This document shows, piece by piece, positions 39,892 to 52,755 of a DNA stretch of 64,000 nucleotides. Position 1 is the first letter of the stretch. Each line of letters starts with the position of its first letter. This stretch comes from Mobula hypostoma. Its lineage: Eukaryota. Where the stretch lies: NCBI RefSeq assembly GCF_963921235.1, contig NC_086097.1, positions 138,324,001-138,388,000 on the forward strand. Reading direction: 5' to 3'. The notes below the pieces were generated by a model. The model saw only the letters and a list, made by a program, of their open reading frames with translations. It did no database searches and was not told the DNA's origin. A program made the position numbers and the translations under genes.

Positions 39892-39956
39892 TGTTGCCAA
39901 ATTGTCACGACTGCAGTCAAGGGCAGCAATCATCACTTGTTCATAAATGATCCAAA
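39892..39956 (-). CDS. EMC2: EMC2 coding exon (equivalent to human exon 3), 65 nt, encodes [22 protein letters not shown]
   Basis: Minus strand reads ...tttttgtgcattcag|TTTGGATCATTTATGAACAAGTG...TTGGCAACA|gtaagta. The peptide matches vertebrate EMC2 [20 protein letters not shown] (recalled). It ends in phase 0, compatible with the next exon. Confidence 0.96.
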
Positions 39957-41009
39957 CTGAATGCACAAAAACATTAAAACACATGGGACAAGTAATTACT
40001 ATCAAAATTATGCTATTATAAAACAACTCATGATTTCAATAAGCTATTACATTATACATCTCAAAATTAAATCATATGGTAACAGGCTGTTCATAAGATT
40101 AAAGACAGCGAGAGAGGAGAAAGAGATGGAAACAAAGCGTTCAAGAAAAAAGACTGAGGAAAAAAATGATAAAAAGGAACAGTAATATTATTTCATAGAG
40201 TTTTGAAAATGAATGGTGCACCTCAAAACATTTTTCATATAACTTATTAATGCAGAGACACAATTTCCTGTTCTATGTCAGGATAGCTAAAATTATTTCA
40301 TTTTCTTTGAAGCACTTCCCACCCCATAATCTGTAGCAAATGTTTTGACACAGCAATATTTCCAAAATATGAAAAGACAATTGAAGAAAGTCCACAGATC
40401 AAACAAAACTGCTACTGTGCAAACAGCATTTACTGAAATGAAGTAGAAAACAAAGAATGTTCCACACAAAGATTGTAACCTTACAGTGGGTATTTGTTCA
40501 ATGTTCCATCAGGAATAATTGATATATTAAAAAGGACAGCAATGTACTATCATTGCTCAATTGAGCAGTTTGAAAAGATTACACACTATCAGCTACAAGG
40601 ATGTTTGCGTGTGTGTATGTGTGTGCTCGTTCTTGTGTTTACCACTAGAGGCAGTGTGGTCTGCTTTTTTTTCTTGTCTGATAAAGTTCTGTAAATATCC
40701 AGAGCATTATACCCCAATTAGTTAAATGCTTTAAGAAGGAAAAATGTGTATGAACAATGATATTCTTACACAATGCCAGACTCTAGTGCTTTGGGCAGAG
40801 TTAAGAACAACAATTCACACACACTGGATTAATGCAACCATTTAAGTTAGCAATTAACCTTTACTGCTGCATAAAGTATGCGTTCCGCCTTTCACCACAT
40901 TTCCTCCAGTGGGGATAAAACAAAAATCAAAAATACGTAGGTTTAGGCAAAATATGTAGGTTATACTTAACAGTGTTAATAATCGCAACTGCTAGAATAC
41001 TGATATCAT

Positions 41010-41435
41010 GTGTCAGCTGTCTCAGTAAGTAGTCATTTTTGCCTTGAAGCTGTGAGTTCAGTCTCATTCCAGACAGCCTTAAGCACAGAGGCCCAGCCTG
41101 ATAATCTCATGCAATGCCAAGGGAGTACTGCATTGTCAGAGGTCTCACTTTACAACTGAAAAGGTAAATGTAGGCCCCCATCTATATTCATGGGTCCATG
41201 CAAATGATCCCCATATGTGTTTTCTTAGAAGAACTTGGGATTTGTCTTTGGATTCCTGCTATCATTACAAGTGTATCAATGTCATGAATACATTTATCAG
41301 TGTGAGCTTGCTAAGTACCAAATTGGGTGCTACTACTTTACAAATGTTGCTGCATTTCAGCTACTGTGGAGCTCCTCTATTGGCTGTAAAGCACTTTGGA
41401 TGATCATGTGTTTGTGAAGGACACTGTAGACTAAC
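41010..41435 (+). mobile_element. Deu-domain SINE (SacSINE1/AmnSINE-like)
   Basis: tRNA-like head (CTCAGTAAGTAG..GAGTTCAGTCTC), Deu core GGGAGTACTGCATTGTCAGAGGT..TAAATGTAGGCCCC and tail ATTGGCTGTAAAGCACTTTGG. Confidence 0.75.
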
Positions 41436-43714
41436 AGGTTTGCCCGTGACTTAACCTGCCTACCCAACTTGTGCTTAAAAATACTTACAATGGGCACTGC
41501 AGAAAGGTCACATCCATGTCTTTACCTTATCTACAAGAATGACTAATTGCATAATCTTTGGGTGAGTTGGGCACACTCTATGTAGAGAATAATCTTCAAA
41601 AGTTATTAGAAAATACTGAAGAAAATTGTTAAAGGTTAGATTAATGGTGCTTTAATTAAACACGTAAAATATCAAGTAAAACTGGGCCATTTTGTAACAA
41701 AACCATTTAAGTCATTCTACTTAAATATCCTTTTTCACAAAGAGCTTAATGTTTAAGTAGCATGAAAAAGTACCATTTTTAAAAAAATGTTTAAAAAGTC
41801 GCGTCTCCAGATCTCTGGAGTGCTTTACTCTGGGGACCTTATGACTTGTAATGCTTATTTACAATCCCAATCAGATTATTGATTTCACTAATCTGCTCCT
41901 TGGTACAGAAGGTTATTCATTATGTCAAAGGCAGGATCTTTTAAAACCCCGTCAATTAAAAGTAATGAGACTCGAGAGACAAAATGAAGAGATGGAGGCA
42001 GACTGCGATGGGGGCAGAGAGCATTATAGTCAGTGCAAGGCAGAGACTGGAAGGCAGTAAGACACAGGCAGACAAAGAGAAAAAGGGATGAAACAGAGTT
42101 TCATGGGTCTCTTGCTCATAAAGTGGATTTTGTGCAAACTTTGCAAAACAGTATCATAACTAGCTTAAAATATTCTGCCACTAAACTTGAACGCACAAGG
42201 GAAGATCAACTGATTCAGTGGGTCATTTGTAAGGAAGATTTTGCCACCGTTCGAGTCAGTCAATAATTTTGAAAGCCACTAAAAAGACGAGGTCATGGCT
42301 CCAAGAGCCGGGAATGGGACGATGGAAAGTCTCAGCTGGCAGGCTCATCCTTCAATCTGATCTGTTTATTATCAGTTCTCCGGAAAGGGGCAGGCACTTG
42401 GTCATTATTACTTAAGTGCAATGGACACAGAATTATGTATAGTTAGAAGTGAATTATAAGGCTCTAGTTTACCCTCGGGTTTCAGAGGACATTATAAACC
42501 ACAGAAGAAAATCTCAAATGGTTATTGAAGTCATCTGAACAGCTTAAATTACCCCTTACACTGACTGTAAAATCGACGATTTTCCACAATATACAATAAT
42601 TATCTCCTAATATTAAACATGAAACTGAAAGGACAGTGATTGCAGGGGGAGGTACTAATCTGTATGCAGCTAAGAAAATGACGACAGAAGGTGGAAAACT
42701 TCAAAATATAAACAGGACAAAAGACGTGCAGAAATGGTTTACTAATAAGCATTTGGATCACGCTATGTGCTTTAATGCAACAGACAGGAAAAAGTCAGCC
42801 TGTAACCTCTCAAGGACTCAGGATCTCTCCTAGTGCCTTGCAGATGAAGTATTTCAAAGTGTAGTCGCTGCTTTAAGATGGACAATATAGAAGTTAATCT
42901 GTGCAAAAACAGATCCCACAGCTAAGTGATCAGTGAACCAGATTTTGATATTCCGATGAAGCATTAACTCTGCATTTTGTTTTTGGTGGCGGTTAGTGGA
43001 AGCATGTGCTCCTTTCCCTTGATAAAACAGTTGCATGGAACCTGCAACTTCCACATGAGTTAAGGCCCAAATAAAAAAAATAGTAACAACACTCCCTCAG
43101 TATCACACGAAAGTATCTGCCTAGATCTTTATTTATTCAACTGTCATTATGCAATAGGTTCTGCTTTGGTCAATATTAGCTCTGAAACAATTGCAGTGTC
43201 CCATTTTACTTAACGAGAGGTCAGAAGTTAAAATACGCTGCATGATCTTGTGTCAGTTTTTAATTAGCACAGAACCCTACAGACTAAGATACAAATGAAG
43301 CAACCCTAACACAAAAGATCTTCTGTGCAGCACAGGGAATTAGAGGCCTCATCATTGAAATCCAAAGTGGGAGTACTATTAGAGTCAATTGCAAAATATG
43401 CAATTTAACATTCACTATGAAATCACTGCAAGAAATCCTAGACTCAAATGTATTGAAGCCAAGCTTTTACTATTAAATTTGTTGGGAACCTTTGATGGAA
43501 AGAAGTTGGTGGATAAGTATAGGTCTTGACTTGCAAAAAGCTTGGCAGTTTTTGAGATAATTATAGCTGGTCAAAATTCTTACAAAAAGATTTATTTCAG
43601 AGAATGAGAGAAATTTATGGCACAGAGACCATTCCGCCCTTTCTGGCCATGACAACAAATGACTGCTTAGCTACTTGCATTTCATTGCACTTTCCACAAC
43701 TCCAGGACATCTCT

Positions 43715-44503
43715 GAGGCAGAGCAGAGTGATGATGGCACTAAACGGCGACTCCTCTGTTTGCATCTGGAAACAGCTCTATTTCCATCTTTAATATCTTT
43801 ATTTTTCCCTTTCAGGGTTCTTTTGAAGACCCTGACCTGGAGTTACACGCTGACTACAGTTCTTTGTGGGAATGGGACCCGCTCTCAGGGTTTCATAACC
43901 GGCTGTTCTTATTCGCGTGCCAACGGCTCGGATTTGGAGGCCTAGGATCTCGGGGCTCTGAAGACAGGCGGATCGAAGGTTGGTGTCATGGCAGGAGATT
44001 CGTGTGTCATTGCGGGAGTCAGAATATCTACAGCTGTGTGCCTAGATCCTTGGGCACAGAGCCAGAAAAAAAAAAGCAACATAACTGGCTTTTAACATCG
44101 TAAGCCAGTGAGTTGTTTGTTATGTCTCTCCACTCGCTGTGAAAACGGAGACACCTCTTTCTCCCTTGTTAGGGAGAGTGACAGCCTGTATGTCGAATAC
44201 CGGGTGAAACTCAATGTCTTTGGGGTAACTGCAAGTCTGTGTCTTTGCTTTTGCTTTGTTCAGGGCTTGGTGGCAGGTGCCGATACCTTTTTGCCAGTTG
44301 GGGCGGGGGGGAGGGGGAATTGTTGCTTGCTGCCGCTTACGTGCAGGAGGGAGAGGAGCTGTGGGGGGGTACTTTGAGGTTCTAACATTTAACTGTCGTT
44401 CATTCTTTGGGGCACACCTCTATTTTCGTGGATGGTTGCCAAGAAAAAGCATTTCAGGATGCATATTGTATACATGTCTCCGACATTAAATGTACCTTTG
44501 AAA
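43715..44503 (+). mobile_element. Non-coding retroposon (about 790 bp) with a Rex1-type tail; partial copies at 13137-13319 (+) and 51900-52330 (-)
   Basis: All three loci share GTTCTAACATTTAACTGT..CATTCTTTGG..TTTCAG.ATG.ATATTG..CATTAA.TGTACC. There is no coherent ORF. Confidence 0.7.
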
Positions 44504-44679
44504 CATCTTCTATAAGGCCACACAATAAGTGTGAAGGGTGGGCACAATTATAAAGTAGGAACTGATGTAGCATGCTCAGTGCAAGCTTCACCAACAAAAA
44601 AACACAATCACAACTAGATGACGGCAGTGAAGAAAGCACTGGTCAGGGACAACACAGAAGGTTGGTTGTTCAACCCATA

Positions 44680-44985
44680 AGGCCCATGCCGACTCTCAGG
44701 AGAGCAGCTCCTTCAGTCTCATTCCCCTACTTCTAATTCTTTCTCACATATCCATCACCTGCCCATTTATTTTATTCTTTGGTTACTTACCTCCTTAAGG
44801 CCCAATTTACAACAACCAATTCACTTACTAGCACAATTTTGAGACATGGGAAGAAACCATGGAATCAGGGAAAACTCAGGCTATAATGGGGCAATTATGC
44901 CAACTCTTCACAAGGTCAGTTATGAACCCAATCACTTGAGATGCAGTAAAATTAGCATTAATGGCTACATCAATTTGCCACCCTG
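44680..44985 (-). mobile_element. Degraded HE1/V-SINE-like tRNA SINE
   Basis: Minus-strand head GGGTGGCA..GTAGCC..GGGTTCA; body TTTCTTCCCATGTCTCAAAA..GCTAGTAAGTGAATTGGTTG..GTAAATTG. Confidence 0.55.
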
Positions 44986-45409
44986 CCCCCATTTTGAAAG
45001 AATACCACAGAACTTTCATATCCATCAGTGAGCAAATTTACTTTAACTTCTTAGTCAAAAAATTACAGTGCAGCACTTCCTCAATACAACACAAGAGGGT
45101 TAACCCAATTTTATGTACATGCCTCTGAAAGAGGTGTTCAAACCAGAATATTCTGACACAACAGTGCAATTCACTGTGGCAAGACTGAAATTTATAAAGT
45201 TTTAAACTGAACAAATTTGATTCATTGCCTTAAAAATATTTTGGGGAGCAGGATAAATGCCAAGTGAGGAAGCCATAAGTTTCATTGTGTGGGTCTAACA
45301 TGAACTTTGATTCAGCTTATAAATGCCCTGATACAACTCCAGTCAGGAATCTTCAACCAAGCATTTCACTTCCATACACGAGGCCTGGCCTACTGAGCAT
45401 TTCCAGTGA

Positions 45410-45940
45410 TTAGAGTTGTAGAATAAATCAAGACAGAAACAGGCCCTTTAACCCACAGGGTCCATGCCGAACTGTTATTCTGCCTAGCCCCATCAGTTTG
45501 TTCCACACTTGCACCACCCTTTGAGTGAAGAAGTTTTCAAGTTCCCCTTAAATATTTCACCTTTCACCCTTAACCTATGATCTCTAGGTCTAGTCTTGGG
45601 CAAAACCTCAATAGAAAAAGCCTGCTTGCAATATCCTTATCTAGCCCCCTCATTATTTTGTATACCTCTATCAAATCTCCCCTCATTTTCGTTAGCGCCA
45701 TTGTATAAAGTCCTAACCTATCCAACCTTTCCCTGTAACTCAAGTCCTCTAGACCCAGCAACATCTTGTAAACTTTCTCGGTACTCTTAACCTTATTGAT
45801 ACCGTTCTTGTACTAAACTGCAGACAGTACTTCAAATTTGGCCTCCTCAATGTCTTATAAAACTCCAACATAACATTCCAACTTCTGTGCTCAATACTTT
45901 GACTTAATGAAGGCTAATGAATCAAAAACTCACTTTACAT
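45410..45940 (-). mobile_element. CR1 LINE 3' end
   Basis: Peptide MLLGLEDLSYRERLDRLGLY..MRGDLIEVYKIMRGLD. Confidence 0.9.
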
Positions 45941-47189
45941 CCGTCTTCCAACTAATTTATTGTTTTTATTTTATCAGCTTTAATCAATGACCATTACCTT
46001 TGAATTGTGAAAGGTGAACCAGATCCTGATCACAATAATTCCTTGGAAATTGATTTTACAGTAGGTGAGATGAATCCTGGAAACTACTTAATGAGCTCTA
46101 TTGGAAGGTACTTGATTGTCAAAATAAAAACAGGGTAAGTGCTTGAAGTGAGCCTTAAGTATAGCTTTTGCTTTCCAAAGCTGAGGTTGCAATAGGCTAT
46201 GCTATGTGCAAACCAGCTGACATCCCCATCCGGATGACCACTACCAGTTGATTCAAATTTATATCCTGGTCAAGTTAGACTGTGGGATCAAAACCAGTTC
46301 TGGTCTGATGATGCAGTATTATCAGAAGTGCAATGCTTCCGATGAGATTGTAAATCAGAATTCAGAGGCTGCTTATTTACATAAAATCAGATAGGTCAAG
46401 AGTAAAGCAAAACCAATCCCATTAACACATTCTGTTCCCCAGTCTGTACCTAGGATGCTATATTAAAAAATCCATATTCTTTTAAAACATACGGAAATGC
46501 TGTATGGACATAATGAGTAAGGTGGTCTCCTCATGTACAGTCTACTCCTGTTCAAATAGTAGAGCACCATACTCAGCTGCCTTACAGATCCTATATCTCA
46601 AATCATGTCGTTTGTCAGCACATCTGCTTCTAGTACAGCCTCTGCAGATAATTTAGAGCAAATGAAAAGAAAAAATAGCAATGTGATATAATAGAAGATT
46701 GCGTGGTGCTTCAATAATGGTCTACTAGTAAAGATGAAGTGGGTCAAAGATGCCGAAAGTATTTTCAGCAACATCCCATCCAATACCCTTTCTGCATACG
46801 TTCTTTCCACCAGTCTGGTCCCATTCTTGACTCAATGTTAAATGTTGAATGGAAACTCCTTTTTAATAATTGCATTCCACCTCTAACTTCACTTCATGTC
46901 CAAGATAGTTCATTCTTAATCTTAATTATATAACTGATATACCCAACATGTTTCACTGATATTGGGGTAATACTGATATTCAATCAATCTTTACTGCTTG
47001 AATAACACTTATTTTGAACAGGAATTTCAGTAACTGACAGAAAAGTCAAGTAACAAAAACAACAATGAAATAAAGTGCAACATTGGTCAAAACATGCAAA
47101 TACAGTAATGCCCAGTTTAACGTAGATATCGTACATAAAAGACTGAGTGATTACGGACAGAAGAATCTGTGGCCACAAAAGAGATGGGC

Positions 47190-50100
47190 CATGACGGTAA
47201 TGTTGCCTCTCAGGGTCCAGGATGTCTCAGGGCGGCAACAGAATATTCTCGAGAGAGGGTGAGCAGATAGAAGTTGGTGCTGCACATTGGTACCAATGAT
47301 ATGGGTAGAAAGGGGGAAGAGGTCCTGCACTGCGCATAGGGAGTAAGGAAAGAGGCTGAAAATCAGGACTTCAAAGGTAGTAATCTCCGCATTACACCCA
47401 GTGCCAAGTGCTAGTCATGGATGACAGTACAGATGAATGAGTGGCTGAAAAACTGGTGCAGGGGGCAGGTTTTCAGGGTTTTGGATAATTGGAACCTTTT
47501 CTGGGATAGGGGTGACCTGTACAAGAGAGACAGGTTGCAACTGAACTGGAGGGAAACAATATCCACACCAGGAGGTTCGCTACGGTTACTCAGGAAAGCT
47601 TAAACTAGTTTGGCAAGGCATGGCAACCAGAGAACCACAGCACTAGGTCAGATAGCGGAGGGATGGAGAGGAAGGCAGATGTCAAGGGCCAGTATAAACA
47701 GGCAAGCGCAAAGGAATAGATACAATGAAATAGATAGTTTGAAGTGTGTGCACTTTAATATTAGGAGTATTATTGGTAAAGGTGATGAACTTAGAGCATG
47801 AATTAGTACATGGAACTATGATGTTGTGGATATTACAGAGACTTAGTTGAGAAAGGGACAGGAATGAGTGCTTGATGTGCCAAGGCTTTGATATTTTTAG
47901 AAAAGATAGAGAGGGATGTAAATGAGGTGGGGGAAGTTGCCATTTTAATCAGGGACTATATCACAGCTCTACTCAGATGGCCCATAATGGAGGGCTCATC
48001 ACTGAATCTACATGGGTAGAATTCAAAAACAGGAAGGGTGCAATCACTCTGACAGGATGATACTACAGACACCCCCCCCCGCCACGAACTACTGGGACTG
48101 AAGAACAGGTATGCAGACTGATTAAGGAAAGGTGTAAAAACAATAGGTTGTTATGGAAGGCTTCAACCTTTCTAATATAAACTAGAATCTTCTGAGAGCA
48201 TGTGATTAAATGGGGCATCCAGAAAAGTTCCTTGAATCAGTATGCAGATAGTCCAACAAGAGGAAGGGCTGTACAGACCTGGTGTTGGATAATGAGCCTG
48301 GTCAGGTGACTGACCTTTCAGTGGGTGATTAGAGGAAATTGACCACAACTCCTTAAGTTTATTTTTTATTAATTTACAGGATGTGAGCATTGCCAACTAA
48401 GCCAGCATTTATTGCCCATCCCTAGTTGCCCTTCAGAAGGTGGTGATGAGCTGCCTTTTTGAACCGCTGCAGTCTCTGAGATGTAGGTACACCCACAGTG
48501 CTGTTAGGAAGGGAGTTCCATGATTTTGACTCAGCGATGATAGAGGAACAGCGATATGTTTCCAAGTCAGGATGATGATTGACTTGGAGAGAGATTTCCA
48601 AGTGGTGGTGTTCCCAGGTATCTGCTGTACTCATCCTTCTAGATGGTAGTGGCTGTGGGTCAGGAAGGTGCTGCCTTAGAAACTTTGGTGTGTTGTTGCA
48701 GTGCATCTTGTAGATAGTACACACTTTTGCAACTGTTTGTTGATGGTGGAGGGATTGGATGCTTGTGCAAATGGGCTAATTGTACCTTAAGTTTTAAGAT
48801 AGTTGTAAGCATGGACCTTACAGAAGAGTATTAAATTGGACCAGGGCAAATTACAAAAGCATTAAGCAGGAACTAGGAAGAGTTCATAGGGAGCAGCTAT
48901 TTTTGGACAAGTCCACATCGGACATGTGGAAGGACCAATGAGAGTACAGGACAGATATGGAAGAACAGAGATAGCACGGTAAGAGAACCTTAGTTGTCGA
49001 TGGAGGTGATGAATTTAGTTAAGAAGGGAACCAGGAATAATCCTGAAAACTACAGACAAGCAAGTCAAATCAGTGGTACGAAAGTTACTGAAGAGAATTC
49101 TTAGGGATAGGATTTATGAGCATTTGCAAGACCATGGTATAATTAGGAAGAGCCAGCATGGCTTTGTGTGGGACAAGATGTGTTTTACTAACTTGACTGA
49201 GTTTGTTGATGTGACAAGAATGATTGATGAAGGTAGAGCTCTGAATGTTGTATACATGCATTTTAGTAAGACATTTGACAAGGTCCCTCAAGGGAGACTC
49301 ATCCAGAAGATTAACATGCATGGGATCCATGGTGAATTGGCCGTTTGGATTCAGAGCAGGCTTGCCCAGAAAAGATAGAAGGCATTGTTCAAAGATATTA
49401 TCCTAGCTAGTGGCCAATGATTAGTGGTGTTCCACAGGGATCTGTAGTGGGACCTCTGCTATTTGTAATATGTTTAAATGACCTGGATGAAAACGTTAGC
49501 AAGTTTGCAGATGACACAAAGATTGGTGGTGTTGTGATAGCGGAGGTGACTGGCAGATCGGTTGCAGGTATCGGTTGAGAAGTGGCAGATGGAGTTTAAT
49601 TTGGCCGAATGTGAAGTGTTGCACCTTGGTAGGTCAAATGCAAACAGACAGTACACTGTTAAGGGCAAAATTCTTAACAACATTGATGAGCAGAGGGATT
49701 TTGGGGTACAAGTCCATAGCTCTCTGAAAGCGGTGACACAGGTTGAGAGGGTGGTTAAGAAGGCATATGGCATGCTTGCTGTTATTAGTTGTGTCACTGA
49801 GTTCAAAAGTCAGGAAGTTATGTTAGAGCTTTATAAAACTTTAGTTAGGCTGCACCTGGAGCACTGCATACAGTTCTGGTCACCTCATTTTGGAAGGATA
49901 TTGAGGCTTTAGAGCGAATGCAGAAGTTTACCAGGTCATTGCTATGAGGGGTTAGACAAAAACTTGGTTGTTTTCTCTGCAGTACAGAGGCTGTCAGGAA
50001 ATCTATGAGGTTTATAAGATTGATAGGCATTGACAGAGTACACAGACAATATCTTTCTTCAAAGGTTGAAATGTCTAAACCCAGAAGGAGTGCATTTAAG

Positions 50101-50385
50101 GCAAGAGGGAGTAATTTCAAAGGAGTTGCGAGTAGCAAGTTATTTTTAAACAGGAAGTGGCGGGTGCCTAGAATACACTGCCAGGGCTGGTGGTAGAGGC
50201 AGCTATATTATGGACTTTTAAGAGGCATTTAGATAGGCACAAAGAATATGAGGAATGTGAAAGGATATGGATATTGTGTAGGTGGAAGAGATGAGGTTAG
50301 CTAGCCATTTGATCACTAATTTAAATGATTCAGAACAACATTGTGGGCCGAATGGCCTGTTCCTGTGCTGTACTGTTCTATGTTC
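47190..50385 (+). mobile_element. Near full-length but internally deleted CR1 LINE (ORF1 SGNH esterase, ORF2 APE-RT)
   Basis: ORF1 remnants LHIGTNDMG and DNWNLFWDRGDLYKRDRLQLNW. ORF2 remnants [34 protein letters not shown] and LVRLHLEHCIQFWSP. Tail TGTTCTATGTTC. Confidence 0.9.
48361..48784 (-). mobile_element. 3' end of a different CR1/L2-group LINE with a 10-bp TSD
   Basis: Peptide CTIYKMHC..SKSWNSLPNS..LQRFKKAAHHHLLKGN* followed by AATAAA. CCTTAAGTTT occurs at 48351-48360 and 48785-48794. Confidence 0.8.
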
Positions 50386-50699
50386 CAGAGCACGCATGCA
50401 AGACCATACAGGACTGCAACATAGCAGAGAGTTTGTGGCGCTGAAAGAGTGCAGCAGTCAAGGAGTCTTGCTAACCGATTCATAAGATACTGCTTATGTA
50501 CATTGTTATTCTTGTTTAATTTCAGTGAACACTTGAACCATTGCATTTTTATGTGACTCCTCACTTTTACTACTCTTCTTTTGCTCTTCTGGGATTTATC
50601 TTCATTTCCTGCTTGCTGTTTTATTGTGTGTTGACGGCTGAATGAAAAAGATACACAGACCCACATCCAGAAACAAAAGGCTTCATAAACTCTTATGTG

Positions 50700-52755
50700 G
50701 GAACAGAAATTTGATAGACACTATGGATGAATCAAAGCAGACAAACGTGAAGTGGTTCACTTTGGTACATCAAATTTGAAGACAGAATATAATATTAATG
50801 GTAAGACTCTTAGCAGTGTGGAGGATGTGGGATCCGTATCAATAGGATAGGGCTGAAATGGCTAACACGGGGGGCACAGTTTTAAGATGTTTGGAAGTAA
50901 GTACCGAGGGGATGTCAAGGGCAAGTTTTTCCACATAGAGAGTGGTGGGTGCATGAAATGCACCACCAGCGGTAGTGGCGGAAGTGGATACAATAGAGCC
51001 TCCTAGACTTTGAGCCTAAGGGCCTGAGATGTGCTGTATATCTCTATGTTCTACGTTCTAAATCATGAACGTGATGAGTGCAGAATAAAACGGCGTGAAA
51101 AACACTCCACGTGAGCTCCATCATAAATAATTATCAGAGTTGGCAATGGCTTTGTGACCTCAAAATAAATGAAGCAGAGGGCACGAGGAAACAACTCACA
51201 GGTTCCCAAAATACATGTGAACATCTGCACAGCTTGGGCACATAATAATATGGAACACAGTCTCATAAATTGCTTGAATGTAATCATAATGCCATTAGTT
51301 TCAAAGTAAATATGGAAAAAGATAGGTCTGATCTGGGGGTTGAGATTCTAAATTGGAGAAAGACCAATTTTGATGGTATCAGAAAGGATCTGGCAAGTCT
51401 GGAGTGGGACAGGTTGTTTTCTAGCAAAGGTGTACTTGGCAACTGGGAGGCCATCAAAGTGAAATTTTGAGAGTACAAAGCATGCACATGCCTGTCAGAA
51501 TAAAAGGTAAAGATAACAGGTTAAGGGAACCTTGTTTTCAAGCCATATTGAGGCCCTTGTTAGGGAAAAAAGGTGCACAGCAGGTAGGAACAAATGAGGG
51601 ACTTATGGAGTATAAGAAATGAAAATGAACACTTAAAAAAGAAATCAGGAGGGCTAAAAGGCAAGAGGTTGCCCTCACATACAAGGTGAGGGATTCTACA
51701 GATAAGTTGACAGCAAAAGGGTTGCAAGGGACAAACTGGCCCTCTGGAAGACCAGAATGGTAATCCATGTGTGGAGCCAGAAGAGATGGGAAGATCCTAA
51801 AAGAATTTCTGCATCTGTATTTACTCAGGAGATGGACACAGAGTCTATAGAATGAGGCAAATCAGCATTAACTTGATGGACCTTATACAGATTAGAGGGG
51901 GAAGTTCAAAGGTACAATTTAATGTCAGAGAATTGTATACAATATACATTCTGAAGTGCTTTTTCTTCACAACCATCCATGAAAACAGAGTGCTCCAAAG
52001 AATGAACCACAGTTAAATGTTAGAACCCCAAAGTACCCCCCGGTTCCCCCCTCCCACACGTAAATGGCAGTGACCAATAATTCCACCCCCCCCAATGGCA
52101 AAAAAAAAGCATTGGCACCGCCACCAAGCACTCAAGCGTGAGCAAAGCAATACCAAAGACACAGACTTGCAGTTACCCCAAAGACTTCGCATTTCACCCG
52201 GTATTCAACATACCACAGTTTCTCTCTCTCCCTAACAAGGGAGAAAGAGGTGTCTCCATTTTCCCAGCGAAAGGGGAGGCACAACAAACAACTCACTGGT
52301 TTACAATGTTAAAAGTCCGTTACGTCGCTTTTGCTGTCTTGAGGCAAATTAGAATGGATAAATCCCCAGTGCCTAACAAGGTGTTCCTTCGGACCCTGTG
52401 GAAGGCAAGTGCAGAAATTGCCAGGGCCCTAGCAGAGATATTTAAATCATCCTTAGTGACAGGTAGGGTACCGGAGGATTGGAAGATAGCTAATGTTCCA
52501 CTGTTTAAGATAGGCTCTAAAAATAAACAAAGAAACTATAGGCCAGTGAGCTTGACACCAGTAGTGGGAAAGTTGAAAAACCAAATATACAAGTATTCGG
52601 ATTGACATGCACAGACTATGGATAGTCAGCATGGCAGGTTGAGTCTAACCAGATCAACGATTTGGATGATAATATGGTTAACTGGATCAGCAAATTCATG
52701 ATGACACCAAGATTGGGGGTGTAGTGGGAGGCAAGGAAGAATTATCAGAGTTTGC
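50700..52755 (+). mobile_element. Cluster of CR1 fragments with a minus-strand retroposon inserted at about 51900-52330
   Basis: Peptides HNAISFKV..LNWRKTNFDGIRKDL and AVLRQIRMDKSP..VPEDWKIANV..NYRPVSLT. Confidence 0.8.
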
